A stretch of DNA of 64,000 bases from an uncultured delta proteobacterium (GTDB lineage Bacteria > Myxococcota_A > Polyangia > Fen-1088), in the NCBI GenBank assembly GCA_963796685.1, contig CAWCMR010000008.1, positions 576,001 through 640,000 of the forward strand. The letters are read 5' to 3'. The translations under genes were made by a program, and so were the position numbers. Numbering within the stretch: position 1 is the stretch's first letter; every line of letters begins with the position of its first letter. Below the pieces are notes generated by a model that saw only the letters and a list, made by a program, of their open reading frames with translations, ran no database searches and had not been told where the DNA came from. Shown here in pieces: positions 42,390 through 51,855 of this stretch.

Positions 42390-43082
42390 ATGATCTACTC
42401 GACAGAAGTCGAACACATGACGTGCGTGGCGAAAGGGCCGAACCACGGTCCCGCGCCCATCCCCGAGGAGGGCCGCTGGGTCCAGGCCAAGGAGATCAAG
42501 GACATCTCCGGTCTCACCCACGGTGTCGGTTGGTGCGCCCCTCAGCAGGGCGCGTGCAAGCTTACCCTGAACGTGAAGGATGGCGTGATTCAGGAAGCCC
42601 TGGTGGAGACCATCGGCTGCTCCGGCATGACCCACAGCGCGGCCATGGCCGCCGAGATCCTCACGGGCAAGACCATTCTCGAAGCCCTCAACACCGATCT
42701 CGTGTGCGACGCCATCAACACGGCCATGCGCGAGCTGTTCCTGCAGATCGTCTACGGCCGCACACAGACGGCATTCTCCGAGGGCGGCCTGCCCATCGGC
42801 GCCGGTCTGGAAGACCTGGGCAAGGGCCTGCGCAGCACCGTGGGCACCATGTACAGCACTGTGGCCAAGGGCGTGCGCTACCTGGAGATGGCCGAAGGCT
42901 ACGTGACCCGCCTCGGGCTCGACGAAGGCGGCGAGGTCATCGGCTACGAATTCGTCCACATGGGCAAGATGATGGAATCCATCAGCAAGGGCGTGGAGGC
43001 CGGGGAAGCCTTGAAGAAGGCCACCTCGAAGTACGGACGCTTCGACGAAGCGGCCAAGACCATCAACCCCCGCCACCAGTAA
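42390..43082 (+). CDS. IscU/NifU-N-like scaffold protein, partner of GGGtGRT protein
   Basis: GWCAPQQGACKLTLNVK.G.I.EALVETIGCSGMTHS...LVCDAIN. AAGGAGG RBS. Confidence 0.85.
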   Translation: MIYSTEVEHMTCVAKGPNHGPAPIPEEGRWVQAKEIKDISGLTHGVGWCAPQQGACKLTLNVKDGVIQEALVETIGCSGMTHSAAMAAEILTGKTILEALNTDLVCDAINTAMRELFLQIVYGRTQTAFSEGGLPIGAGLEDLGKGLRSTVGTMYSTVAKGVRYLEMAEGYVTRLGLDEGGEVIGYEFVHMGKMMESISKGVEAGEALKKATSKYGRFDEAAKTINPRHQ

Positions 43083-43097
43083 CAGGAGACATCGATC

Positions 43098-44096
43098 ATG
43101 GCTCTGTTTGAATCCTACGAACGCAGAATCGGCCAAATCACCCCGGTGCTGGCCAAGTACGGTATCGCCTCCCTCGAAGAGGCGAAGAAGCTCGTCGATG
43201 CCAAGGGTGTCGACCCGTACAACATCGTGAAGGAGATCCAGCCCATCGCCTTCGAGAACGCCTGCTGGGCGTACATTGTCGGCGCGGCCATCGCTCTCAA
43301 GAAAGGCCAGAAGAAGGCCGTGGACATCGCCTGCTCGCTGGGCGAAGGCATGCAGGCCTTCTGCATTCCCGGCTCGGTCGCCGACGATCGCAAGGTGGGC
43401 ATCGGCCACGGCAACCTGGCATCCATGCTGCTCAAGGAAGAAACCAAGTGCTTCGCTTTCTTGGCTGGCCATGAATCCTTCGCCGCCGCCGAGGGCGCCA
43501 TCGGCCTCGCCCGCAGCGCCAACAAGGCCCGCAAGCAGCCCCTGCGCGTGATCCTGAATGGCCTCGGCAAGGACGCGGCCCAGATCATCAGCCGCATCAA
43601 CGGCTTTACCTACGTGCAGACCAAGTTCGACTACGCCACCAGCAAGTTGAACATCGTCAGGGAAATTGCGTACTCGAAGGGCGAAAAGGCCAAGGTGCGC
43701 TGCTACGGCGCCGACGACGTCCGCGAGGGCGTGGCCATCAACCACCACGAGGGCGTGGACGTGTCCATCACCGGCAACTCCACCAACCCGACGCGCTTCC
43801 AGCACCCGGTGGCCGGCACCTACAAGAAGGAATGCCTCGAACAGGGCAAGAAGTACTTCTCGGTGGCCAGCGGCGGCGGCACCGGCCGCACCCTTCACCC
43901 CGACAACATGGCCGCCGGGCCCGCCAGCTACGGCATGACCGACACCATGGGCCGCATGCACAGCGACGCGCAGTTCGCGGGATCCAGCTCGGTGCCCGCG
44001 CACGTCGAGATGATGGGCTTCCTCGGCATGGGCAACAACCCCATGGTCGGAGCCAGTGTGGCGGTTGCCGTCGCGCTGGAGCAGGCGCAGAAGTAG
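43098..44096 (+). CDS. GGGtGRT protein
   Basis: Signature SGGGTGRTLHPDN, MALFESYERRI N-terminus. Confidence 0.93.
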   Translation: MALFESYERRIGQITPVLAKYGIASLEEAKKLVDAKGVDPYNIVKEIQPIAFENACWAYIVGAAIALKKGQKKAVDIACSLGEGMQAFCIPGSVADDRKVGIGHGNLASMLLKEETKCFAFLAGHESFAAAEGAIGLARSANKARKQPLRVILNGLGKDAAQIISRINGFTYVQTKFDYATSKLNIVREIAYSKGEKAKVRCYGADDVREGVAINHHEGVDVSITGNSTNPTRFQHPVAGTYKKECLEQGKKYFSVASGGGTGRTLHPDNMAAGPASYGMTDTMGRMHSDAQFAGSSSVPAHVEMMGFLGMGNNPMVGASVAVAVALEQAQK

Positions 44097-44114
44097 ACGC
44101 GACGCAATCTCATC

Positions 44115-44156
44115 AAAGCCGGCGGTTTGCGAAAGCGGGCCGCCGGCTTTGCTTTC
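44115..44156. terminator. Rho-independent terminator-like hairpin, probably bidirectional
   Basis: AAAGCCGGCGG-tttgcgaaagcggg-CCGCCGGCTTT followed by GCTTTC, between convergent genes. Confidence 0.75.
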
Positions 44157-44162
44157 TGGAGC

Positions 44163-44552
44163 CTACCCTGCCGCCGAACCGAACAAGCTATAGAGAAGCG
44201 TTCCCAGCACCAGGGTCGCGATGACAACATAGGTTCTGTCCCGCATCGCCGCGAATCCGCAAATCGAGAGCACGACCCGCGCGACCGGGGTGCCGATAAG
44301 GACCAGGAGCCCGAATTGGATGATCCCGCGTCCATCCAGTGCGAAGGCAGAACGCAGGATCCCACCCAGCGTGCGCAGCTCGGGAGAATCGTCGCGAAAC
44401 ACCCGATAGGATGCGACCGACTGCCCGTGGCGCCACAAGTAGATGGCGGCCCCCACAACCACCACCGCGCTGGAGAGCAGGACGCCCAGCCGGAGCAGGT
44501 TGCCAATCGTGTTCTCGACGCGCTTGTCGAGGGAAGCTGGTGAGGGTTTCAT
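44163..44552 (-). CDS. DUF1634 membrane protein
   Basis: IGNLLRLGV...GIIQFGLLVLIGTPVARV. Coupled to the TauE gene. Confidence 0.88.
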   Translation of the reverse strand: MKPSPASLDKRVENTIGNLLRLGVLLSSAVVVVGAAIYLWRHGQSVASYRVFRDDSPELRTLGGILRSAFALDGRGIIQFGLLVLIGTPVARVVLSICGFAAMRDRTYVVIATLVLGTLLYSLFGSAAG

Positions 44553-44553
44553 C

Positions 44554-45390
44554 TCATCGAATCCCCTGCACGCCCTTGATGATCATCTCGACCCCAAGCG
44601 CCGCGATCACCACGCTGAACAGCAATCGCAGCCACTTGGTCTGGCCGTGGGTCAGGATGCGCGTGCCCACCGCCGAACCTGCCAGCACGCCCAACACCAC
44701 CGGCATGGCCAGACCGGGATCGATGTAGCCGCGGCCAAGGTAGACTCCGGCGCTCGCCGCCGCGGTGACGCCGATCATGAAGTTGCTGGTGGTGGTGGAG
44801 ACCTTGAAGGGAATGCGCATGGCCCGATCCATGGCCAGGACCTTCATGGCTCCGGAGCCTATTCCGAGCAGACCCGATAAGGCGCCGGCCCCCAGCATGA
44901 GAGCAAATCCCAGGGGCACGTGGGTGACGTTGTACGCGCGAAGCCCTCCTGGCTCGGGAAAGCTGCCGTTCATGTGCAGACGCGTGGCAAGGGAATTGGG
45001 CGGCACGTCGCGCTCCGCGCGCGAGCGCGGCTTGCGCGAAAGGTAGGCGGAGCCGAGCAAAACCACGCCGAGGATGAAAGCCAGGGCGTGGATGGGGACG
45101 TGCGCAGCCAGCAGCGCTCCACCCAGGGCGCCAAGCGTGGTGGCCACTTCCAGGAACATCCCGATGCGGATGTTCGAAAACCCCTCCTTGACGTAGGCGG
45201 CCGCGGCTCCTGAAGAAGTGGCGATGACGGCGATCAAGGAGGCTCCCATCGCGTATCGGATGTCCACTTTGAAGAGCAGTGTGAGCAGCGGGATGAGCAC
45301 CACCCCACCCCCAAGTCCGGTGAGCGCGCCCAGTAGGCCGGCCGTGACCGAGCCGGCAAAGATCGCGACGGTGAATTCCCAGATGATCAT
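44554..45390 (-). CDS. Sulfite exporter TauE/SafE family protein
   Basis: GALTGLGGG, SGLLGIGSG, STTTSNFMIGVTAAASA. Confidence 0.92.
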   Translation of the reverse strand: MIIWEFTVAIFAGSVTAGLLGALTGLGGGVVLIPLLTLLFKVDIRYAMGASLIAVIATSSGAAAAYVKEGFSNIRIGMFLEVATTLGALGGALLAAHVPIHALAFILGVVLLGSAYLSRKPRSRAERDVPPNSLATRLHMNGSFPEPGGLRAYNVTHVPLGFALMLGAGALSGLLGIGSGAMKVLAMDRAMRIPFKVSTTTSNFMIGVTAAASAGVYLGRGYIDPGLAMPVVLGVLAGSAVGTRILTHGQTKWLRLLFSVVIAALGVEMIIKGVQGIR

Positions 45391-45619
45391 TGTCTTCGGG
45401 TCGAGAGACGATGGCGCACTTTCTCACATCGCAACCTCGATCAAAACACACTGTCCCGCCATTCTGGTGGATGTCAACCATGCCGGCAAACGACACGCGC
45501 GCGACGCGTCCTGCACAACCGGCGCCAAACCGCCTACCGGCACGAGCTCCACATCGGCTGTCAGCGGAGCCTAGCCTCCTGTTACCCGGGCATTCGCGCC
45601 GCACCTCGAAAACTCACAC

Positions 45620-47662
45620 TTGAATCGCACCGGTCGAGCTTCTACGCTCGTGCTCGTGCGACCGAAGTACCCACGGAGCCCGGGCCAACGACGTTCCAGG
45701 AAAGGCCCCTCGCCGAGGGGAAGCCTGGCCGCCCTGGCGCTCGTCGGTCTTTGGGAGGGCAGCGGACGCTCGGCACAGCCGGCAGTAGCAGCCAAAGCGG
45801 CGCCAACGGTCCAGCCATCGCCGGCCAGCGGCGAGATCATCGTGGTCGAGGGTGGGCGCGTGGTGGGCCAGACAACGCCCGAAAAGGCGCGCCGGGACGG
45901 GTTGACCGTGGTCGATCTCTCCGACGGCTGGCTGCCTTACATCTTTTCGGAGGAGCCTGGGAAACCACAGCCGCTGCGGCCCGATCTGATCGCCCTGGCC
46001 AACGGGCGTCTGCCCCGCGGAAAGACCTTCGCGCGTGCCCGCGAGGACCGGTACTTCGAAGCCTTCGGGGTGTTCCCCAGCCTGAACCTGATGCGCCGGC
46101 GGCTGGCGGATTCCAGGCGCCACGCGTGCCACGACAAGGTGGCGGACAAGGCCCTGGAGCAGATGTCGCCGAAAAGCGTGATCGTGCCGGAAGAGCCGGA
46201 AAAGACCTCGAGCACGCCGGAGGACGCCGCACCGGGCGATCCGACGCTGGCGCCAGCACCGGAAGTGCCGCCGAGGAAGCCCTTGAGCGCCGCGGCGCAG
46301 CGGGCGGTGATCGCGATGCAGGCGCACCTGCGCTGCGAGGGCTTGCTTTTGCACGGGGCGAAGCGTGCCCGCATGGATCCGCGGACAGTGGCGGGCCTGC
46401 AGATCTACCAGCGCATGCTCATGATCGCGGACAACGGACGCATCGATCTCGAGACTCGCACCGCGCTTCTGGCCGATAGTCGCGAGCACGACTTCCGGGC
46501 TCTGCTGCGCGCGCTTCGCGAACGGGTTGTGGATGCGACCGGGCTGCTCGAGGACGGCTCGGCCATGGGGGTGGTCGGGGAGGTGCAGGGGCGCGTGCTG
46601 GACAGCGCCGAGTTCCAGCCCCTGCCCGTGGAAGCGAGTGCCGTATCTGCAACAGGCAAGGTCACTCGGGCACCGGATCTGATTTCCGCGGCCACCCAAG
46701 CTGCCAGCCAAGCGCTGGGATGGACCGCGCCCGCGGCCGTTCTCGCGAGCACGCTGGTGGTGACGCCCGCGCCGCTGCCAGCCTCGCGAGGGCGGGCGCG
46801 CAAGGTGACCACATCCCATGCGCCTGCTCCCTTGCCCGCGGCCGTGGCCATCCGCCTACCGCCGCTGCCGCCCTACCATAGCCCCAAGATGGACCTGCGG
46901 GCAGAGATCGATCGCGGCGAGGTGGTCCTCAAGCGTCCGGCCCTCGACAAGGACGGCAAGAAGAAGTGGCATCCCCCGGTCAGCGATCGCCCGACCCTCA
47001 CGCTGTACGCGCGCGTGGGCCAGGGCGAGGTGGCGCTGTGCCGCTGGCCAACCACCATCGGAGGTTGGAAGACCATCGAGCGCTCCGACGGTACCATGGC
47101 GCTCAAGTACAAAGAGTCCGTCACGGGTGACGCCCTCTGGCCCGAGATTCTCGCCACCCCGACCTGGCACCCGTCGTCAGGCCTGCCCACGCGCAGGTTG
47201 CTCGTCAAGCGGGGCGACGGCTGGGCGCCCAAGGCCGAGGTCATCGGCCCGGGTTACCGCGCAGCCTACGGGCTGGTGGCCATCACGCACCTGCAGATCG
47301 AGGGGCGGGACGAGCACGGCGAGCCCCTGCTCATGGACCACCGTATTCGGACCCACGGCACGCCGGCCTACCGATCGGTCAAGCGCGGCGAGAGCAGCGG
47401 CTGCCACCGGCTGTTCAACCATCTGGCCCTGCGCCTGGCGGGCTTCCTGGTGCGACACCGGCCGAACATTCGCCAAGGCCTCGTGCCCGAGGACTACGTT
47501 CGACACCTCGAATACAAAGGCCAACAAGTGGACCTGGCGGACGACAACAAAGGCTACCGCTTCGCACTGACGCCGCCCGTGCCGGTGACCATCCTCCACG
47601 GCGACATCCGCGGCAACGCCAGGTCCGTCAGGGGCACGGTGCCGCTGATGGTGACGCCGTAG
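45620..47662 (+). CDS. L,D-transpeptidase (YkuD)-like protein with peptidoglycan-binding-like segment
   Basis: IRTHGT...ESSGCHRL (HxxSxGC catalytic motif) and GLQIYQR...DNGRIDLETR. Start uncertain. Confidence 0.75.
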   Translation: MNRTGRASTLVLVRPKYPRSPGQRRSRKGPSPRGSLAALALVGLWEGSGRSAQPAVAAKAAPTVQPSPASGEIIVVEGGRVVGQTTPEKARRDGLTVVDLSDGWLPYIFSEEPGKPQPLRPDLIALANGRLPRGKTFARAREDRYFEAFGVFPSLNLMRRRLADSRRHACHDKVADKALEQMSPKSVIVPEEPEKTSSTPEDAAPGDPTLAPAPEVPPRKPLSAAAQRAVIAMQAHLRCEGLLLHGAKRARMDPRTVAGLQIYQRMLMIADNGRIDLETRTALLADSREHDFRALLRALRERVVDATGLLEDGSAMGVVGEVQGRVLDSAEFQPLPVEASAVSATGKVTRAPDLISAATQAASQALGWTAPAAVLASTLVVTPAPLPASRGRARKVTTSHAPAPLPAAVAIRLPPLPPYHSPKMDLRAEIDRGEVVLKRPALDKDGKKKWHPPVSDRPTLTLYARVGQGEVALCRWPTTIGGWKTIERSDGTMALKYKESVTGDALWPEILATPTWHPSSGLPTRRLLVKRGDGWAPKAEVIGPGYRAAYGLVAITHLQIEGRDEHGEPLLMDHRIRTHGTPAYRSVKRGESSGCHRLFNHLALRLAGFLVRHRPNIRQGLVPEDYVRHLEYKGQQVDLADDNKGYRFALTPPVPVTILHGDIRGNARSVRGTVPLMVTP

Positions 47663-47742
47663 GGGCAGGACACGAAGGACCGGAAAGGCTCGGCCAGCGC
47701 GCAAATCGAGCGTCTCACCCAGTCGGTTGGTTTCCCCGAGCG

Positions 47743-49041
47743 TTAGTTGACTGCTGCGCAGAACTGCTTGGTCGTGAGACCGTCGCCGCCGGACCAGATC
47801 TCGAAGCCGGCGAAGACGAGACTCAAGTACATGCTGCTGGTGACGCCGTACTTGTTGCTTACGGCATCCTTGATGAAGTTGTTCAGGTCGTATGACAGCG
47901 AGTCGAGGGGCGTGCTGCTGACATAGGAGATGCACGGCGGATCGGTGCTGCTATCGACCCACACGTCCCACGTGCCAGGCACGCCGCCGACCGTCATACC
48001 CGGATGGTTCGGCGACGCGCCCGTAGCTGAGCTGGACCCACCCCGGGGCTGGCGATCGGACGGCTTGTACAGCCACACCATCAAATAGGCCCCGCCCTGC
48101 CCCGGCGAATTGGACATGGTACCGAGCTTGGCACTGGTCGCCGTGAACCACACGTCGTAGGTCGCGTTGAAGTTCGAGGTGTCGAGCGTGCTGGCGTTGG
48201 TGGAGAAGATCGTGGGAACCGATTTGATGGCCGACACCTGCATCGGCAGGTTGCTCCCCACCGTGGTGTGGTTCTGGTACGAGCCGATGAAGATCGTGGG
48301 GAACCCCATGGGATTGCCGTCGCTGGCCGGCACCGAAGTACCTTGCGAATTGCCCACGGTCATCGACAGCCCGGTGATGTCCACGGTCTGGCCACCGAAC
48401 TTGTGCCACCAGTTGGTCATCGTGTGGTAGGTCTTGGTCGAGTTGGTTACCGTGATCTCGCCGTCCTGGTACTGCTTGGTGAAGGACAGGGGGGTGGTCG
48501 AGGTGTCGGTGCAGTCGACGGATGCCGTGCTTCCGCCGGTCGCTGTAGTCCCGCCCGCGCCCGCCGAGCCGCCGCTGCCAGCCGCGCCGCTGCCGGCAGC
48601 ACCGCCGCCAGCCGTGCCGCCTGTTTGACCGTTGCCAGCCGAGCCCCCCGTCATGCTCGTGCCGCCGCTGCCGGCCGTGCCACCGCTACCGGCCGTGCCG
48701 CTTGAACCGGCCGAGCCCGTCTTGCCGCCGCTACCGGTCACCCCGCCCGAGTTGCCGCCGCTGGCCGTGGTGCCACCCGTGACAGTGGCCCCACCCGAGC
48801 CCGAGCTACCCCCGCTGGCCGTGGTGCCGCCCGCGCTGGTCGTCCCGCCTGACGCGGTCGTTCCACCCGTGGCCGTTGTTCCACCATTTCCGGTCGTCCC
48901 CCCCGAGCCGCCCTGCCCGCCAGACGCTGCCGACCCACCCGATCCCGAGGTAACCCCCTGGTTATTGACGTTGCACGCGAGAATCGCGCCGGAAAAGACG
49001 ACAAGCATCGCGGCCGTAACGAGTGGTCTCTCGAATATCAT
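47743..49041 (-). CDS. GH12-family glycoside hydrolase lipoprotein with Gly/Thr linker
   Basis: Lipobox ILAC, GGTT repeats, NATYDVWF, YLMVWL, AGFEIW. AAGGAAGGA RBS. Confidence 0.85.
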   Translation of the reverse strand: MIFERPLVTAAMLVVFSGAILACNVNNQGVTSGSGGSAASGGQGGSGGTTGNGGTTATGGTTASGGTTSAGGTTASGGSSGSGGATVTGGTTASGGNSGGVTGSGGKTGSAGSSGTAGSGGTAGSGGTSMTGGSAGNGQTGGTAGGGAAGSGAAGSGGSAGAGGTTATGGSTASVDCTDTSTTPLSFTKQYQDGEITVTNSTKTYHTMTNWWHKFGGQTVDITGLSMTVGNSQGTSVPASDGNPMGFPTIFIGSYQNHTTVGSNLPMQVSAIKSVPTIFSTNASTLDTSNFNATYDVWFTATSAKLGTMSNSPGQGGAYLMVWLYKPSDRQPRGGSSSATGASPNHPGMTVGGVPGTWDVWVDSSTDPPCISYVSSTPLDSLSYDLNNFIKDAVSNKYGVTSSMYLSLVFAGFEIWSGGDGLTTKQFCAAVN

Positions 49042-49361
49042 GGGATGTCCTTCCTTGAACTAGCCAGGGATCCCTCGCTGCTGTCCCGTCATCAGCCTCA
49101 GGTGTTAGAACACGCACGAAGCCGCTTTTGAGCAGATGCAGTTGTCTGGACCAAAGGTGAGCAGCAAGAAATGGCAACTCGGCGCCACTTCTAGCTTGTG
49201 GTTTCCAGATCGTCAGTGCTCTACTTCGTCGCTAGCTAGGCTAGTTTCCGAGTTCTTCTGCATTCCCGACGATACTGTCGCCTGGCCGGCCTCAACGAGG
49301 CGGTCGCGAATTCGACCAATCCCTGAGATCCGTGACTCGGCCTGAATGCCCCGGAGGAGAT

Positions 49362-50870
49362 ATGAAGGTCCAAACTGCGCTAGGAATCCTGGTTGCCGTG
49401 CTTTTCGTCGCGCCAGGCTGCGGAAGCGATAACCCGCAGGCCCAGTCGGGTTCTGGCGGCCGGGGCGTAGGCGGAGGCGCTGGCAACGGCTCCGGAGGCA
49501 GCGGCGTGGGCGGAAACGCCGGCAACAACGTGGGCGGAGGCGCCGGCAGCGGCTCGGGGGGCAGCGCGGGCAACGGCGCGGGGGGCATCGCCTTGGGTGG
49601 TAGCGGCGGCGGTTCGGGCGGCGTCAAGACTGGAGGCACGACGGGCAGCGGCGGCAATGCGACAGGCGGGGCGGGCGGCAACTCGATGGGCGGCGGCGGC
49701 AATCCCGATTCCGCCGCTGGAGGTACCGGCGCTGGTGGTTCGACCGCCCGGGATGGCGGACGAGACACGATTCCAGGTGTTGGTGGCGGCGGGGAAAATG
49801 GCGGCGGGGCGACTGGCACGGGTGGTTCCACGGGCGCGGGCGGCTCCACGAATACCGACGCCGGCAGCGGCGGTCAGAATATCTGCACGTTCGCCAGCGG
49901 TCTGAATGTCGCCTGGGTTCAGTTTGCCGGTGACGTTCCGAATACCAGCTCGAACATCGCGACCTTCAACACGATCTTCAAGAACACCTACGACAGTGGT
50001 GGACGTATTGTGCGTTGGTGGTTCCACACCAATGGCACTGTCACACCGGGTTATCAAACAGATGGAACAGCCCAGAAGCTCCCACAGTCGCACATCGACG
50101 GTCTCAAGGCGATCTTGTCCGCTGCGAACACCAACAAGCTGGGTGTCGTCGTCAGCCTTTGGTCGTTCGACATGCTGCAGGGACCGGGAAGCGGCGAAAA
50201 CATTCCCAGCGGTACTCTAACCAACAATCAGAAGCTCATCACCCAGGACACGAATCGCCAAGCGTACATCGACAACTACCTCACGCCACTGGTCACGGCC
50301 CTCAAGGGGACCCCTGGGCTTTATGCCTACGAAATTTTCAACGAGCCGGAGGGAATGTCGACGGAGAACGGTTGGACGGCGAACAGCTCGAACCAGGGAC
50401 TCTCGGTTCCTGAGAGCGCCATTCAGAAGACGGTGAACTGGTTTGCCGCCGCCATCCACGCCGCGGATCCAAGAACACCGGTTACCAATGGCTCCCAAAC
50501 CATGGACTACCGTACCCTGTACACCGACAGTGCCTTGACCAGCGCGGGCGGAAAATCGACCGGCACGCTCGATTTTTACGAGGTTCACTACTACCAAGTG
50601 AATGGCTCCAACAACGATGTTTTTGCCAACCCGAGGTCGCACTGGGCCATGTCGGACAAGAAGCTTGCGATCGGGGAGTTCGCCGCTTACTCGCAGGACA
50701 CGTCGCCGGTGGCCGTCAACGACTGCTACACCTACCTCTACAGCAATGGCTACGACGGCGCATGGGCCTGGTCGTACACGGAGGGCAACTCGAACTACGC
50801 CTGGCCATCCATGCAGACACCGATGAAGAATCTCCTTGCGGCCCACGCCGACGTGGGAACTTGTCCATAA
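49362..50870 (+). CDS. GH5-like (clan GH-A) glycoside hydrolase lipoprotein with Gly-rich linker
   Basis: GGAGGAG RBS, lipobox APGC, YEIFNEPEG, EVHYY, IGEF, GAWAWSY. Confidence 0.85.
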   Translation: MKVQTALGILVAVLFVAPGCGSDNPQAQSGSGGRGVGGGAGNGSGGSGVGGNAGNNVGGGAGSGSGGSAGNGAGGIALGGSGGGSGGVKTGGTTGSGGNATGGAGGNSMGGGGNPDSAAGGTGAGGSTARDGGRDTIPGVGGGGENGGGATGTGGSTGAGGSTNTDAGSGGQNICTFASGLNVAWVQFAGDVPNTSSNIATFNTIFKNTYDSGGRIVRWWFHTNGTVTPGYQTDGTAQKLPQSHIDGLKAILSAANTNKLGVVVSLWSFDMLQGPGSGENIPSGTLTNNQKLITQDTNRQAYIDNYLTPLVTALKGTPGLYAYEIFNEPEGMSTENGWTANSSNQGLSVPESAIQKTVNWFAAAIHAADPRTPVTNGSQTMDYRTLYTDSALTSAGGKSTGTLDFYEVHYYQVNGSNNDVFANPRSHWAMSDKKLAIGEFAAYSQDTSPVAVNDCYTYLYSNGYDGAWAWSYTEGNSNYAWPSMQTPMKNLLAAHADVGTCP

Positions 50871-50880
50871 GGCGACGGCA

Positions 50881-51459
50881 ATGTTTCGCCGCTACATCAT
50901 CTGGTCGCTTCCCCTGGTCGCGGTAGCGCTCATCTGGCTGCTGCGAACCCAGGCGGCTACCCGCGAGACGACCAAGGCCAAGGATGAACCTTCTGCCGCG
51001 GCTCCGCCTGATCTGCCAACAGCACGACCGCCATTGCTCGCTCGGCCCGCGGATGCAGCGCCGACATCCGGGCCACCTACCGCAGCTCCGGCGCAGAGCG
51101 GATCAGGAAAAGCCAGTACTGTCCATGCGCTCTCGCCCGCGGACCAACTTGCCGAAGCGAGCTTGATGTCCCGTCTGCGCGCGGCCAAAGCGAGCAACCC
51201 AAAGTTGGCCATCGAGCTCGCTCGACAAGGAAACAAGCGTTTCCCGGACAGCGCCCTGGCACCTGAACGGTATTCGATCTTGGTTCACGCCTTGGCCGAC
51301 ACGGAGCAACGCCGCGAGGCACGCGGCGAGGCGGAATTCATGGTGAACCACTATCCCGACTCCGACTGGGTCAGGGAGATCGAACGATTTTCGGGCGCGC
51401 ACCGCCACCGGAATATCCGCCTGACAGACGCTGGAACGATCGAGTACTACGATCCCTAG
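50881..51459 (+). CDS. Membrane-anchored protein with C-terminal TPR-like helices
   Basis: N-terminal TM, Pro/Ala linker, repeated RFPDS/HYPDS helical motifs. Confidence 0.65.
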   Translation: MFRRYIIWSLPLVAVALIWLLRTQAATRETTKAKDEPSAAAPPDLPTARPPLLARPADAAPTSGPPTAAPAQSGSGKASTVHALSPADQLAEASLMSRLRAAKASNPKLAIELARQGNKRFPDSALAPERYSILVHALADTEQRREARGEAEFMVNHYPDSDWVREIERFSGAHRHRNIRLTDAGTIEYYDP

Positions 51460-51799
51460 CCTTGGGGCTTGCCCAGAGCGCCCACACGGCTTTGCGACGC
51501 GGTAGAATCCCGGAATCCCGTTTTCGTTCCCCGTCACCGAGGTGTCACGACCCAGGAGTGCCATCGAGCAGGTACTCTAGTGCTTGGCCAGGTCGCGTCA
51601 AGAGGACAGAAATGGGAACCCTCGACGATCCGCCGCGGTGGTAAGCGCAACGGTGCGGCAGAGCGAAAGGCAAGGTCAAGCCCCATGGATGACAGCATTT
51701 CGAAGTAGGCAGGTTCTGCCGCGTGCGAGATCCGCAGTCGGGTGCGAGGTGCAATGGGCGCCCCCGAACATACCCGCCGCGTTTGCTGCCTCGTAGGGC

Positions 51800-51827
51800 A
51801 CAAGTTTTCCCTCGGATGTGCCGATAG
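51800..51827 (+). promoter_or_regulatory. Putative sigma28 (FliA/SigD-type) promoter
   Basis: (A)CAAG-N15-GCCGATAG (51801-51804 and 51820-51827) versus consensus TAAA-N15-GCCGATAA. Ends 28 nt before the GTG at 51856. Confidence 0.55.
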
Positions 51828-51855
51828 CCCCGTGTCAGGTGCGGAGCGAGACCCC

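Noticed and set aside
45450-45477. TTGACA -35 box on the minus strand upstream of tauE
   Set aside because: The matching -10 element is weak (GACAGT), so it is not supportable without TSS data.
51640-51720. Possible c-di-GMP-I riboswitch (GAAAGGCAA) upstream of the giant gene
   Set aside because: The GNRA-loop stem and the following GACGCAAA/receptor elements are not present.
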